Of a stretch of 64,000 bases of DNA, positions 38,451-51,200 are shown piece after piece. The notes under the pieces are model-generated. The model saw only the letters and a list, made by a program, of their open reading frames with translations. It did no database searches and had not been told where the DNA came from. The translations under genes were made by a program, and so were the position numbers. The stretch comes from Camelus ferus (taxonomy: Eukaryota), in contig NC_045698.1 of NCBI RefSeq assembly GCF_009834535.1, forward strand, positions 994,001-1,058,000. Reading direction: 5' to 3'. How positions within the stretch are numbered: the first letter of the stretch is position 1; each line of letters begins with the position of its first letter.

Positions 38451-40299
38451 GCCCTGAGGACACCTGTGTCCTCAGCCAGTGGGCCAGAGCGAGATCACAC
38501 GGCCATGCCGAGCTGCTCTGCAGGCCTGGACAGTGGACGTCTCATCTGTCCTACCCCCGAGGTGGGCGGGGGGCGCTGGGGCGTCTGCTGTGTCCTCCGC
38601 GCTCTGCAGTCCACGCACTCCAGATGCGGTGGGATCACAGAGGACCAGGAGCTCCGAGCTGCCCCTACCCCCCTATGACACGAGTCTGGAATGGTCCCGA
38701 AAGACCAAGGTGATTTCTGGAGCCCACTTTGCACGCTTGAGAGCTTCACCTGCAGGGACCTGGCTCCAGGTTGTTTTCAGAACGTTCAGATGAAGGAGAG
38801 GAGCGAGCCTTCCCATGACTCATCCGTCCCCCAAATTCTGCTTTTGTTCGATTACCCACGACCTCACAAGGAACGAGGCTGACAGAGTTTTAAACTCCTT
38901 TTGCTCACTGTCATCACTGGCCCTCTATATGGCCAGGTTTGAAGGAACAATACAGTGATTTTAAGAAAAAAGGAAACAATTCTAGGTTGAATGGGAAACG
39001 CATTCCTAATGAAATCTGTTACGTTTCTAGGTACGTAGTGTCCTCCTATGAGTGAAATGAAACGCTGCGGTGGATCGGGCACGCGCGGTTGACCGAGTGC
39101 AGCATCGCCGACAGACAGAGGCCCCAGAGCGCTAAGCGAGCAGGGGCACTTCAGAGTCAGCTCCGTGTTCTACGCACGGAACTTGTTGCCCCACGTGCTG
39201 AGAAATCAGGTGGCTTCAAAGGGGGCTCTACTTTTTTTTCTTTTAAAGCAGAAAATCAGGTGCCTCACTTCGGCTAAGCTATTATTTTGGTTGGGAGTGA
39301 GAGAAAGAGATGAAAAAACACTTCATTAAAAAGCAGCAAAGCAGATGGAAATTAAATCCTATAAAAATAGAAGCCACATCTGGACTAACATCTCGAGAGC
39401 CAACTGGGTATCTGCACCAATGAAGCACAGCCCTGTCCTAACTCCTGCCAGTTCGCTTGGTGTGACGCAGAAGTGAAGGGTCCTTCCTGCAGGAAGGACC
39501 TGCACCCGGTGGGGGCGTCAGATGGGGCGACACCTGGAGACACGCATCCGGGGGCCAAGGGAAGGTTCCCTGGGGATCTGTGAAAGCACCTCCGCCTGGT
39601 CTGACTGTCGCAGGTGGTGGCCGAGGGGCTGGTCCCTGGCCTAGGGGGTGGGGGTGGCAGCAGAGTCTCTGAGGGTGTGGTCTGGGTTCCTGCGCCCACC
39701 TGGATGGAAGCAAGACCCCTGCTACGGGACCGGGAGCCCACCAGCCCCGGAGGAGGGTGCAGGCGAGACGCCGGGTGGCAGGAGGCAGGGAGGGGAGGCT
39801 CACCTGTCAGGTCAGGGAGCAGCACCCAAGTCTGGATTAGGGTGTCCGGGGGAGCCCCGACTCTGCTGTGGTTGTCCAGGGTCAGCTCAGACTGTTGGAG
39901 GCTGCCTGGGAGGCTGAAGGTCCAGGGAAGCCCTGTTTGTCCAGGGAAGGGAGGACAAGGCTAGAAGAAGACGGCTCGTCTGCCCAGCGTGGTGTCCGGG
40001 TGCTGGCGACCTGGGGTCCTGAGCTTGCGGTCACAGAAAGAGCTGCAGCTCTGGGCACCGAGCCAGCAAGGATGGGGACTGACATGGAGCAGGACTGGCA
40101 GGGATGGGCGAGCCACTGTGAGGGCAGCCGGGAGGAGTGAAGCAGCTGCCTTGGTCCCTCCGCTGCCCCCGGGCCTCAGTGACCGCCTCTCAGAGGAGGC
40201 CGGACTTCCTGAGGGGATGGCGAGGATGTGCCGCCACCACGATAGTGATGGCCTGGTGTCTGGACAGCGTCCACGGGCCGGCGAGCTGTCCACTGAAGA

Positions 40300-40645
40300 A
40301 GCCAGGACACTTGTTTCTCACAGTCCTGCAGGCTGGATGTCCAAGATCACAGTGCCAGCTGATTTGGTTTCCGATGAGGCCTCCTTTCTGGCTTTTAGAC
40401 AGCCACCTTCTCGTCCTCACATGGACCCCTGGCGTGCGCACAGAGCAAGTGAGCGAGAAAGAGAGTTTCTGGTGTCTCTTACGAGCCACCAGTCCCATCA
40501 GATCAGGACCCCGTCCTTATGGTCTCATTTATCCTAATCGCTTCCTCAGAGCCTCATCTCCCAGTACAGCCTCACTGGGGGGCTAGAGTTTTAACTTACG
40601 AGTTTGGGTGGAGTGGGGGTTGGGGGTGCACGTTCAACCTGCAGC
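40300..40645 (-). mobile_element. MLT1A-like MaLR LTR
   Basis: tttctcacagtcctgcaggctggatgtccaagatcacagtgccagctgatttggtttccgatgaggcctc...ccagtcccatcagatcaggacccc. Confidence 0.8.
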
Positions 40646-41169
40646 TGAATTTCCCACGTAAGAGCCGTCAGCCACGAGGCCTGGACTCCTGGCTCCTCCG
40701 TCAGGTCACAGCTGCCCTGGGCATCCCTTCTGCACCTGTGTCCCCTGTGTCTCCTGTGCCCTGGAGGAGAAGTGCTGGAAACCACCCCTCAGACCCCCTT
40801 GGTTCACGGCAAATGTCCAGCACAGCGAGGAACCGGAGGTGGAAGGGAGGGAGGAAGGGAAGGGGGAAGGGAGGAGGAAGGGAAGCTCGTCTCCTGTCAC
40901 TGGCATCCCAAATCCCTCGCTCCGAGAGCACAGTCATCTGCAGAGACGACATACAGAAGCAGAGGACAGAAAGAAATGGCGCGGTTCAGCTCATGTGTGT
41001 TAGTGAGGTGAAGCCCCAAAAGCAGCGTGGTTGGAAGGGAAGAGAGGGCAGCAGTGCCCACTGACGGAGGGCAACTATCACCCCAGCCAGCGGGGAGTGT
41101 GCTCCCTGGGTGAGTGGACACAAAGAACAGTTCAGGGCCTGGTGGAGTCAAAAGGAAGGTGCCCGAAGC

Positions 41170-42390
41170 AAAAACAGACACACAGATCAACGGAACAGGA
41201 TAAAAAGTCCAGAAATAAATCCATGCATTTATGGTCAATTGATCTATGACAAAGGAGGCAAGAACACACAATGGAGAAAAGACAGTCTCTTCAGTAAGTG
41301 GTGCTGGGAAACCTGGACGGCTCCATGTAAAAGAATGAAACTAGAACATTCTCTAACACTGTATGCAAAAATAAACTCAGAATGGATTAAAGACCTAAAT
41401 GTAAGACCAGATACTATAAAACGCCTGGAGGAAAACATAGGCAGAATTGTCTTGGACATAGATCACAGCAATGTATTTTTGAACCAGCTCCTGCAGTGAT
41501 GGAAATAAAAGCAAAAATAAACAAATGGGGTCTAATTAAACTTAAAAGGTTTTGCACAGCTAAGGACACCATAAATAAAATGAAAGAGAGCCTACATAAT
41601 GGGAGAAAATGTTTGCAAATGATGGGACTGACAATGGGCTAATTTCCAAAACATACAAACAGCTTATACACCTTAATATTAAAAAAAAAACAAGTAACCC
41701 AATCAAAAAATGGGCAGAAGACCTAAATAGACACCTCTCCAAAGAAGACATGCAGATGGCCAACAGGCATCTCTAATTGTTAGAACAACGCAAATCAAAA
41801 CGACAACGAGGTATCACCTCACAGCAGCCAGAACGGCCATCATTAAAAAGTCTACAAGTAATAAATGCTGCAGAGGGTGTGGAGAAAAGGGAAACCCTCC
41901 TACGTCGTCAGTGAGAATGTAAACTGGTGCAGCCACTATGGAGGACAGTACAGAAGTTCCTTAAAAAACTAAAAATAGATTTACCATATGATCCAGCAAT
42001 CCCACTCCTGGGCATATATTCAGAGGGAACCTTAACAAAAAGAAACATGCATCCCAGTGTTCACAGCAGCACTATTTAAAATAGCCAAGGCATGGAAACC
42101 ACCCAAATATCCATCAACAGATGACTGGATAAAGAAGATGTGGTATATTTATACAATGGAATACTACTCAGCCATAAAAAAGAATAAACGAATACCATTT
42201 TCAGCAATATGGATGGACCTGGAGATCATCATTCTAAGTGAAGTAAGCCAGAAAGAGAAAGAAAAATACCAGATGATATCACTTATATGTGCAATCTAAA
42301 AAAAGGTGACACGAACGAATTTATCTACAAAACAGAAACAGACTTACAGACAGAGAGAATAAACTTATGGTTACCAGAGGGTAAAGGGGG
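41170..42390 (+). mobile_element. L1 ORF2 C-terminal region and part of the 3' UTR, sense, no poly(A) end
   Basis: ORF 41110-41499 [49 protein letters not shown] and ORF 42057-42299 [43 protein letters not shown] are L1 ORF2p. Confidence 0.93.
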
Positions 42391-42399
42391 ATTTCAAGA

Positions 42400-43630
42400 G
42401 TGAATGAACACAGTGGAACAGAACTCATATTTAAATCTGTAATTTAAGAAATATAAGAAAAGCCATTCTCCATATTGAAAGATGTTATCATGTGTCCAAG
42501 AAAATGGACTTGGAACATTAAAATCAAATACAAAATTGGTGGTAGGCAGCTAAAATAGCTCTTAGAAGGAAACTTGTAACTTTAACACCAAAACCAGACA
42601 TAAAGGAAAGTCTCTCAACAGTTTTCTCCGCTTCCTCCTGGAGAAGCGAGTGAAAGAGGGGTATTGAGGTCAAGGTAAGTAAGGAAAAAAAGAAATGATA
42701 AACGTAGACAAGAAAATCAATGACGTCTAAGACAGCCAACAGAGAAAAATCTACAAACCCAGAATCTGTTCTTTGTAAAGGTTGATAAAACTGGTAAGAC
42801 TTGAACAGAACAGATGAAAAAACAAAAGAAGACAGAAATCACCAGGAGCAGGAGCAGGAGCAGAGGCGGCACCACCCCAGACCCAGCGGGCACCGAGGGC
42901 ACTGCGGGCATGGGAGCGGTCCTGTGCTCGAGCACCTGACAACCTGGGTGAGCTGGCACCTTCCAAAAGGCACAAGCTTCCAAAGCAAACTCCAGGAAAA
43001 CTAGAAAATGTGCAGCCTTGTGTTTGTTCAAGACAGTGGGTTAATAATTAAATAGCTTCTTACAAAGGAAATAAACAAGTTTTTACAAAGAAAACGCCAG
43101 GCCCCAAATCCCTCACTGGTGAATCCTATCAAGCACATGAGGGGGCGACATCAATCCTACGGAAACGCGTTCAGAAATCAGGGGAGGTGTCACTTCCACG
43201 CGTGTTTTATGAGGTTACTATAACCAAGATTCCAAAGCCAAAGACATCGCAAGTTTATGGAGCAGTATCTTCTGTGAATATAAATGTAAAAGTCATTAGC
43301 AAAACATGAGTATGTCAAATCCTGTAACACGTAACAAGATTAATACACCAAGATCCAGCTGGCTGTGTCCTGGGCATGGAAGGCTGGTCTAGCATAAGAA
43401 GAGCAATCAAGGCACCTCACCACGGTCAGAGGTCGAGGGAGAGCAGCTATCAGCTATTTCAGCAGATGCAATAAGCCACTTGACAAAATGCAACCGCTGT
43501 TTATAATCTTAAAAAAATCTTAGCAAACGAGGAAAAGCAGTTTTTCCAACTGGATCGAGGGCTCTCAGGGCAGCTCATCAGTGCTGCACAGAGGTCTTGC
43601 CCGTGCAATCAGACAAGAACAAGACGCAAG
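42400..43630 (+). mobile_element. Older L1 ORF2 fragment (post-endonuclease to RT), sense
   Basis: ggcagctaaaatagctcttagaaggaaactt, gttctttgtaaaggttgataaaactggtaagac, aggccccaaatccctcactggtgaatcctatcaagcac, cagatgcaataagccacttgacaaaat. Confidence 0.8.
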
Positions 43631-44849
43631 AAGTCAGATTCGAACGAATGAGGGAAGGCGCTGAACACCAGCTGGTCTACACTAAGTGATTTCCCCTTAT
43701 GTGAGATCCTTGGCCAAGCCGTGCTGGTGAGCCCAGACCTCGGGCAGGCGGCTGGGGCAGTGGGGGGCTGCCGGGAGCGCCCGCCGTGCGGAGGTCAGTC
43801 CCCGTTCCTACAGAGCCCATGTCTGTTTTCTCAGAAGGCTGGGGTAATATATAATAGTTTCCTTTTAACCCTGTATGTGATCTCCGAGTTTCCAGAAGCA
43901 ACTATGAATTGTGCTTGTAATTCAAAATATCAAATGACCCAGTGCAGTCCCAGAAGTCAGACTATGATCTGCAGTGATCTCATCCTGCAGATTCTTAGAT
44001 CTCCTCCTGCAGAGGAGCGATGTGAAGGCCGCCCGTCTTCCGAGCTGCTTGGGGGGCTCTTTCTAGAAGAGCAATGTCTCAGAACGCACTGGGGTGAGGG
44101 GGGAGGTGGGGTGGGGGGTGGGGGTGCTGGGCTCCGACGGCCATCGAGTTGGTCAGAAACTGGACCCCCAGCGCCGGGGGGGAGGTGCTAGTTGGAGCTC
44201 CTCGCATCAGACCCTGGAGGCGAGGGCCGCGTGCTGTCCTTTCTTCTGCGGTGCAGGGTCCTCACGGGGTCTCTCTAGGACGCAGTCCTCAAGCTGTCGT
44301 GGGTGCGCCCTGGTTTGGGCACATGGGGCTTCCGGGACCTCGCAGTTGGTCCACCTCCGGTGGCTGCCACACCCACACACTCTTTTGGTTTCTCCCCCAG
44401 CGCCCGCCCACCCTGGCCACGGTGGGGGCGGGGAGGGGCAGGCTCAGTCCCATGGCCTCCACCCCTGAAACCCTGAGGGGGACCCAGCTCTTTTCCTGGG
44501 ACAGATCACTCTGTCTCCACTTCCCTCTGGCCCTCTCCCCCAGACCCCCACCTGGACGGTCGGGGCAGGACAGGGTGGGCGGCAGTGTCTGTAAGGACTC
44601 CCCGAGCCTCAGAGCACATGGAATCGCCTCCTCCAGGACCTCCCAGAGACAGTGGGCAGGGAGCCCACTGTGAGCACAGACCTTGCCAGGCGGAGACGAG
44701 GGACCTCAGGAGCCTGGCTGGACGTGTGTTAGTTGGGGGTGTGCGCTCAGCCCGGAGGACGTGCACCCCTGTTTCACCCAGAGAGCCCCTGCGAGTCCCC
44801 GCGTGGCTGCAGCAGCGAGCGGCCGCTGTGCTTAATGAGACAGAGGGCA

Positions 44850-45205
44850 TGTGCCGCGGGCTGAGCAGTGTGCCCCCCGCCCCACAAAAATTCCACAGGT
44901 GACCCCTGGCCCCACTGCAGCCGTGCTGGAGATGGGCTGTAAGGAGGCCACTGGAGTTAGAGGGGGCGGGCGTGGGGGCCCCAATCCCACAGGACCCTGT
45001 CCTTAAAAGAAGCAGCGACCAGCACACGGACACACAGGGAGGGAGGACCGCTGAGGACGCTCCAAGGAGAGGGGCCGCTGCAGAAGCCAGTCCCGCTGGA
45101 GCCTCGGTCTCGGGCTCCAGGCTCCAGGACGTGGGAACAGAAATGTGTGACGCATGAGCCGCCCAGCATGCGGTTTTCTGTCCTCGCAGCCCCAGCTGAC
45201 CAAGC
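44850..45205 (+). mobile_element. MLT1A/B-like MaLR LTR, GC-shifted
   Basis: gggctgagcagtgtgcccccc...ccccaatcccacaggaccctgtccttaaaagaag...ctccaggctccaggacgtgggaacagaaatg...gcggttttctgtcctcgcagcccc. Confidence 0.7.
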
Positions 45206-45689
45206 TGGGTGATGACCAAGGAGGACAGTGGCTCGGGGAGTGGGTGGGATCTTGGGGACGTCAGGAGACCCAGCTCCTCACCCGGCCAGGTGGCGTGGAG
45301 TGAGTCTGCTGCTGTCGGTGTCCGATTCTTTGTCTCAGTGGTGGACACTGAAGGACACGGCCCTGCCTCTGCTTCTGCCATCGCCGAAAGTGAGCGCCAT
45401 GAAACACCGGCTGGTGCGAGGCCATGCCTGCTAGCCCGGAGCCGCTGTAGAGGCAAGGGGGCCCCACGCAGTGGTAAGCTGGCTCCGAGGGGCGGCAAAG
45501 CGTCAGGCGTCTCCCCGGCTCCAGACGTGCAGGTGTGGAGGCTGGGCTGGGCCTTCCTGAGCCACCCCGGGACTCCCCCGCCCTCCAGCCAGAATGCTGC
45601 TCTTGCGGGGTGACCACAGGCTGCGCTGAAGACTGACATCTGTCCACTGCTGTCTGTCCCAAGCCAGCCCTCTGTCCTGGAGAGGGCAG

Positions 45690-45975
45690 GGTGTGTGTGT
45701 GTGCATACACATGTGAGTGTATGCACATGGTGCATGTGTGTGGGCGTGTGCACACATGTGTGGCTAGACGTGTGATGTCTGTGCATGTGTACATGTTTGC
45801 ACCTGTGGTGCACACACGGGTGTGTGTGGGCATGTGTGTGCACATGGTGTGTGCGTGCATGTGTGTATGCGTGTGCATGTGTATCCAGTATATGGCATGT
45901 GCACATAAGGGTAGGTGTGTGTGTACATGTGAGTGCATGTGGACACCCACATCCATGTGTGTGTGCATCCGTGTT
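45690..45975 (+). repeat. Degenerate (TG)n/(TGCA)-type low-complexity tract
   Basis: About 285 bp of gtgtgtgtgcatacacatgtgagtgtatgcac...; source of His/Thr-rich and Cys/Val-rich pseudo-ORFs. Confidence 0.9.
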
Positions 45976-48014
45976 GCACGCTGGGGTGCTGTCCGGGTGC
46001 CCTTTCCCAGGAGGAGTGGCAGTTCCAGGTCTCACCCTCATCCCCATGGGCCAGGGGCTGGGTTTCTGTCCCCTAAGCCCCAGGCCCGTTTTCCCCAGAC
46101 AGCCAGATAGATCAGGCTGGCTCCACCGGGGGTAACCAGTTCCCTGAACTGACTTGTTTCTCCTGAACACGAGCTGCTGTTTGGTTCTAATGAGTGGCTT
46201 TTCCTAAAGAGAAACAATAACAGCGGGGAACCGTAAGGAGATTCTGCAGACTTGTAATCACACGTGTCAAACACCGCGCCGCGCTTTCCCTGGAAGGCAG
46301 AAGCCCTGGGAAATAACACGGGGCGGGTGCCGCCACGGTGCTGCCTTGACAGAAGTTAATTCTAAACTAAGTGTTCCCTGAAAGGAAAGCGGCAAACGTT
46401 TCTACATGTCGATCATTTGTCCTTGGAGGGCACGGAACAAATACGTTTTTTAATGCGCGACACCGGCATTATTCCGGGTGGCCTCAGGCTATGTGCTGTT
46501 TTCCAGTTTGCGGAATTGGAGGCAAAGAAAACAGCTCCGCATTAAGAGGAACGCGGAGTGCCAGCTAATCGTCGCCTCGTGGAAGTCACCTGCCAGCAGA
46601 GGCACGGGGCCCGGCGCCCGGAGCCGGGGGGAGAGGCCGGAGGCAGCACACGATGGACGGGCCTGAAACGGCGGGTGGCGGCCGTGTTCACTGGAGGGCT
46701 CACTCCCGGATCCAGAGAGGCAAACAGCGCCACCAGAGCGGGGCTCCTTACGGCTGGGGCACCCGCCACCGTCCGCTCACAGCCTCTTCTGCACATCTGG
46801 GGAAAGCCAGCTGCACTCCCCTGGGAAAGAGCACAGGGAGCAAATGCTGCACACAGGTTCAGGGGCCACAGAGCCCGGCTCCTCGGGGGAGGCACCCTTC
46901 AGAGGAGGGCAGTGTCTGTCCTGGGGCAGCTCCCCTCCCAAGGCCACAGGCCCCACGGGGTGGGTTAGCTCAACCCCGGGTGTCTCCTCTCCAAACTGGC
47001 CTTGGGATGTTTCCACGCTGCGGCTCTGGCTTGCAGCCACGCCCACACCTGCACTTTCTGGGAGAAGCTGGGGGTGGGGGTGCCCAAGAGGGGCCAAGGT
47101 GGGTGCGCAGCTGCTGCCGCGGCAAGCAGGAGTCCTGGCTGGGGTTTAAACTTGGAGGTGCCCTCACTTTTCCTGAGGACTGTGTCTCCATCCGCCTGCC
47201 CTGGGGCCAGGGTCCTGGCCTCTCAGCCCAGACTCCCGGGGGCCTTCGTCACTGGCCTCCAGCCACCCTCCTCACCCCCAGAACAGTCTGGGAGGGCCCA
47301 GCTCACAGGGCAGACAGTCCCCTGGACCTTGTTGGGGGGGGGACCCCGACAGCATCGCCTGGGGGACGTCAGAAGCTGACTGGTCCAGGCTGGGGCACAT
47401 GTGTCCTCCTGCCCACGGCCTCCTGAGTGCCAGCTCTGGGCCCCCAGGACGGTGCCTGTGGGTTAGGGTGACGGTGCCTGGGGTTGTGAGTCGAGGAGCC
47501 GGAAAATGCAGCCCAGGAATTCCCGCAGAAACATTCTAGATCTCTGCCCTCCCCCTCCCCTCTTCTTCCCCAGGCCCCTCAGCCGGCCCCTCCCCCGGCC
47601 CCTGCCCAGTACCCCGGTTCCTGCAGGGATGTCCCCCTCTCACCCTGCCTCTCCTGCACTCACACACGCGCACAATGTGTGTGCACATGACTACGGGTCC
47701 AGCCGGGATATGGCCTTGTGGTCCCTTCCTCCTCCAGGCTGGGCCACACTCAGCTTTCTGGCCTGGAGGTGCCCTGACCTCAGCCCTGGGAGAGTCACAC
47801 TCAACCCTGACCAAGTGGAGCGTCTGATCCTTGTCTCAGGAATGTCATGGGGACCCTGAAGGCAGCCCAACTAGGGTCCAGCTGGACAGCAAACCCTTGG
47901 GACAAGCCTGTGGCGTCCTCAGTGCAGGATCTGGCCACTCCACTCCCCTACCCTCCATGCTCCAAAATCTGCAGCTCGGTCAAAGCAGTTTTCCTCTGCT
48001 GTGCAATTCAGATG

Positions 48015-48285
48015 GGCACACTCATGTACAAACATGTCCACAAGCACATATACCATGTGAACGCACACACGCACACACATGTGCTCATACCACATGCATG
48101 CAGACACCAACATGCGAACACACACGTACACCTCCCCCCCACAAGCACACCACACAGTGCACACCCACCCGTGAGCATATGCCACACAGCGCGTGAAGGC
48201 ATCACATATGTGCATGTGCATATATGCACACACACATGTGCACACACGTGCACACGTGTACCACTCACGTGTGCGCACACACACG
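48015..48285 (+). repeat. Degenerate (CA)n low-complexity tract
   Basis: acgcacacacgcacacacatgtgctcataccacatgcatgc...gtgcacacacgtgcacacgtgta. Confidence 0.9.
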
Positions 48286-51200
48286 TTCTGCCTTTCTGAA
48301 GGGGTCCCTTCTTTGAAGGTCGGCCGTGCCCCCTGGGGTGACCGTGTCCCTGGAAGGCCCTGTGGGATGGTCCTGAGTGCTAATCTGAACCTGGGCTCTG
48401 CACCCAGTGTTACTAAAGGTTCTGGGAAAGGCCAGGTGTGCTTGGAGGAACGTGTCCCAGGATGTGGTTTTTAAAACAATGTGTCACCCCTCTGTTTGCA
48501 GGTCACAAGGACCAGAGTCACTCCATGTCGCCCCAGGCTCTGTGTTGGAAAGGGTGGGCTAGTGAGGCCAGATTCTTATTAATGCGGGGAATCGGGGCTG
48601 GGAGTCTGGCTAGTGCGCCTGCTCCGCGGGCCCCGGCTCTCACCTGTAAATAACAGTGGTGGCAGGTCCCCTGTCAGCACCGCTGATGGACGGTCCCTTC
48701 CCCGCCATTACAGCCTGTGACTGTGGGAAAATTAATTTAAGTGGTAGTTTATTTCTAATGAATTCCACTCAAGCGGCTAATATGGTCCCTCAGTGCTATG
48801 GTAACCTTCATGGATCATTGCGTTATGTAAATAAATTCTACTTTACGCCAGTTTATTAGAAAAGAGAGTGAGACTGGGGAGTCTGGCGAAATCTTGTCTG
48901 CAACGTGCACAACGAACCCTCCCCAGAACTTTCAAAGGGGGAGAAACGAAACCGCGTCCGGAGTTCTCCCGCACACTGAGCCCCCCTGGGTGACTAAGCC
49001 ACCTGCCTTCGTGCCCTGGGGGAGTATTTCCCAATTTGCTTTGTTGCTGTGTTCCAAGGAGGAAGAGGGGTGCTTTGGCCTTAGAACTGGGGTGGATTCC
49101 ATAACAAATCTCCAAGTGTCTTCTCTGAAACCTCCAAGGCTGGCCTGGGGAGAAGTCTGCGGGCTGGGGCCCGGGGCGCAGGCAAGGACAAAAGGGGAGG
49201 AAAGCTGGGCAGGGCGGAGGCCCCCGCCTCTCCGTGGGTGGACGTGTGCTCCGGGGAGGGCGGGGCAGGGGGGCTTCGGCACCCCGCAGGGAGTAAGCGT
49301 GGAGCCACTCGCTGACCCTCCAGGGGCCAGTCTGTGTGCAGAGGGGCTCCGGGCAGAATCCGATGAGGGGCGGGGACCACAGCCGGCACCCAGGGGTGTT
49401 GGAGTTCACCCGACGACTTGGGGTCACCTCTCTGTGTTTCCAGCTCAGGCAGCCTTAACAACAGACTTCAGAGGGGTGGCTTAAACAACAAGATGTCCTG
49501 AGGCTGGACATCGGAGACCATGGTGCGGGTGGACTCCATCTCTGGCAAGCGCTCCTTCCAGATCTGCAGACGGCCGGCCGGCTGCTGCCCGTGTCGGAAC
49601 TACAAACACAGTAAACGGTACGAAACAGCAGTGCCGCTGACCGCGTCCCCGCCCCCCAGAGGAGCTGCGCCTCAGTCTCTCCAACCTCTCTCCCCACTCT
49701 CCTGGCCTCCCCCAGGGCTGGTTTCCAGTGATCCCTCACCCCTGTCCTGGGAGAGCTGCCCCCTCACCCTGGGCTTGGGGGTGGCCGTCTCCCCATGCAG
49801 GCCCCAAAAGGCATCCTCCAGAGCCCCATCCACGTGCCTCAGGTGCCAGGCCGCGGGGTAAACACACGCGTGAGACAGGGTCGTGCTCTGCGGCAGGAAC
49901 ACCGAGGGTGTGATGGCAAAGGAAGCGGGCCAAGCCCGCCCTAGCCTGGAGCTGCTCCTGGCAAGTCCCGGAGGACCTGGAGGAGGCAGTGGCTGGGGAC
50001 AGGCAAGCCGCCTGGGTTCCTGGGTCTGCATTTGCTCCTCAAGGAAGCAGGGGTCTGATCAGAGCTGGAGGGGCCAGGCCATTCCTGGCAGGGGCTGGCT
50101 TTGAGCTGTGGGGTCCAGCAGGCTCCGGGCACCATGTATGTGAGGGGCCCCTGCAGTGACCACTGGACCCAGCGGGATGTGAGGGCGAGGGGCGACCCGG
50201 CAGCAGCCTTGGTCTGGGGGTGAAGCCCCCAACCTCGTGGGGCATGGGTGCCCCTGTGTGTGGGCCTGGTTGCAAAGGACGTGCAGGGGCAACGGAGCCC
50301 CACTTGGCCACCCAGTGTATCGGGCCTTGGACCTCAGAGGTGGCCATCTTCCACCTTGGGCTTGGATTCTAGTTTCTGGCACCTGAAATAGAATTCAGCT
50401 CTAGAAAGATTACAGCTAATATTGAGAATATGCAAAAAAAAAATAACCTGTCACAAATTCATGGTAACAGGCAAAGGGCTCAGTCCACAAACTGTCAAAG
50501 GCTGTGGCCGGGCAGGATGGAGGATCAAGGCCACACGCCCTCCCCTAGCAGCTCCCTGCCCCCCCATCAACCCGTGTCCCCCACGCAGGACCAGATCAGT
50601 GTGGGGCCGCAGCCGCGGGGGCAGGGAGGATGTTGAGGACCAGAGCTCCTTCCTGCGGCGGCCCTGGACCGAGGACGCGGCCCTGCACAGTGAGGTGAGC
50701 ACAGAGCCTGGGCTCCGTCTGCTGTCTCAGATTCAGACGCCCCGTGACTCGATGGCACTCGTGATTGGGTGACTCAGGGCTGTGCTCCTGGCTGAAGTCA
50801 CCTCTGCATTCTTAAGGGGGCGAAAGGCCGGCTCAGACGCCGGCGTCTCTCCCAAGTTCTCTGTCCCTCTGTCATGGGAGGTTCTGAGATTCCACTTTTT
50901 ATTTATTTATGTATGTATTTATTTTTAGTGTTATCTCAGGAATGTATTTTATTTTATTTATTTAGTTTTAAAATTTTCATTTTATTTTATTTTTTATTTC
51001 TTACTGCCACCACCTTGTGCCCTGAGGTTGCTGTTAAAATGGCAACCAGGCACCACGAATCCAGGTGCTGAGAGGACAGAGAACGACCGGGAAACCTGGG
51101 CACGGAGAGCCGCCGCAGCAGCCCGCAGGGCCCCCGACAGCCCTGCCCACACAGGTGCGCCACCACTGAGCGTCTGGCTCACACCGCTGCTGCTCCCAGC

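Noticed and set aside
44506..46170. 554-aa minus-strand ORF, the longest in the track
   Set aside because: Runs through the (TG)n tract (His/Thr/Cys repeats) and an MLT1 LTR, has no recognisable domain, and is stop-poor because of high GC.
50895..51003. T-rich block resembling an antisense retroposon tail
   Set aside because: No SINE, L1 or processed-pseudogene body follows; treated as low-complexity (TTTA)n-like sequence.
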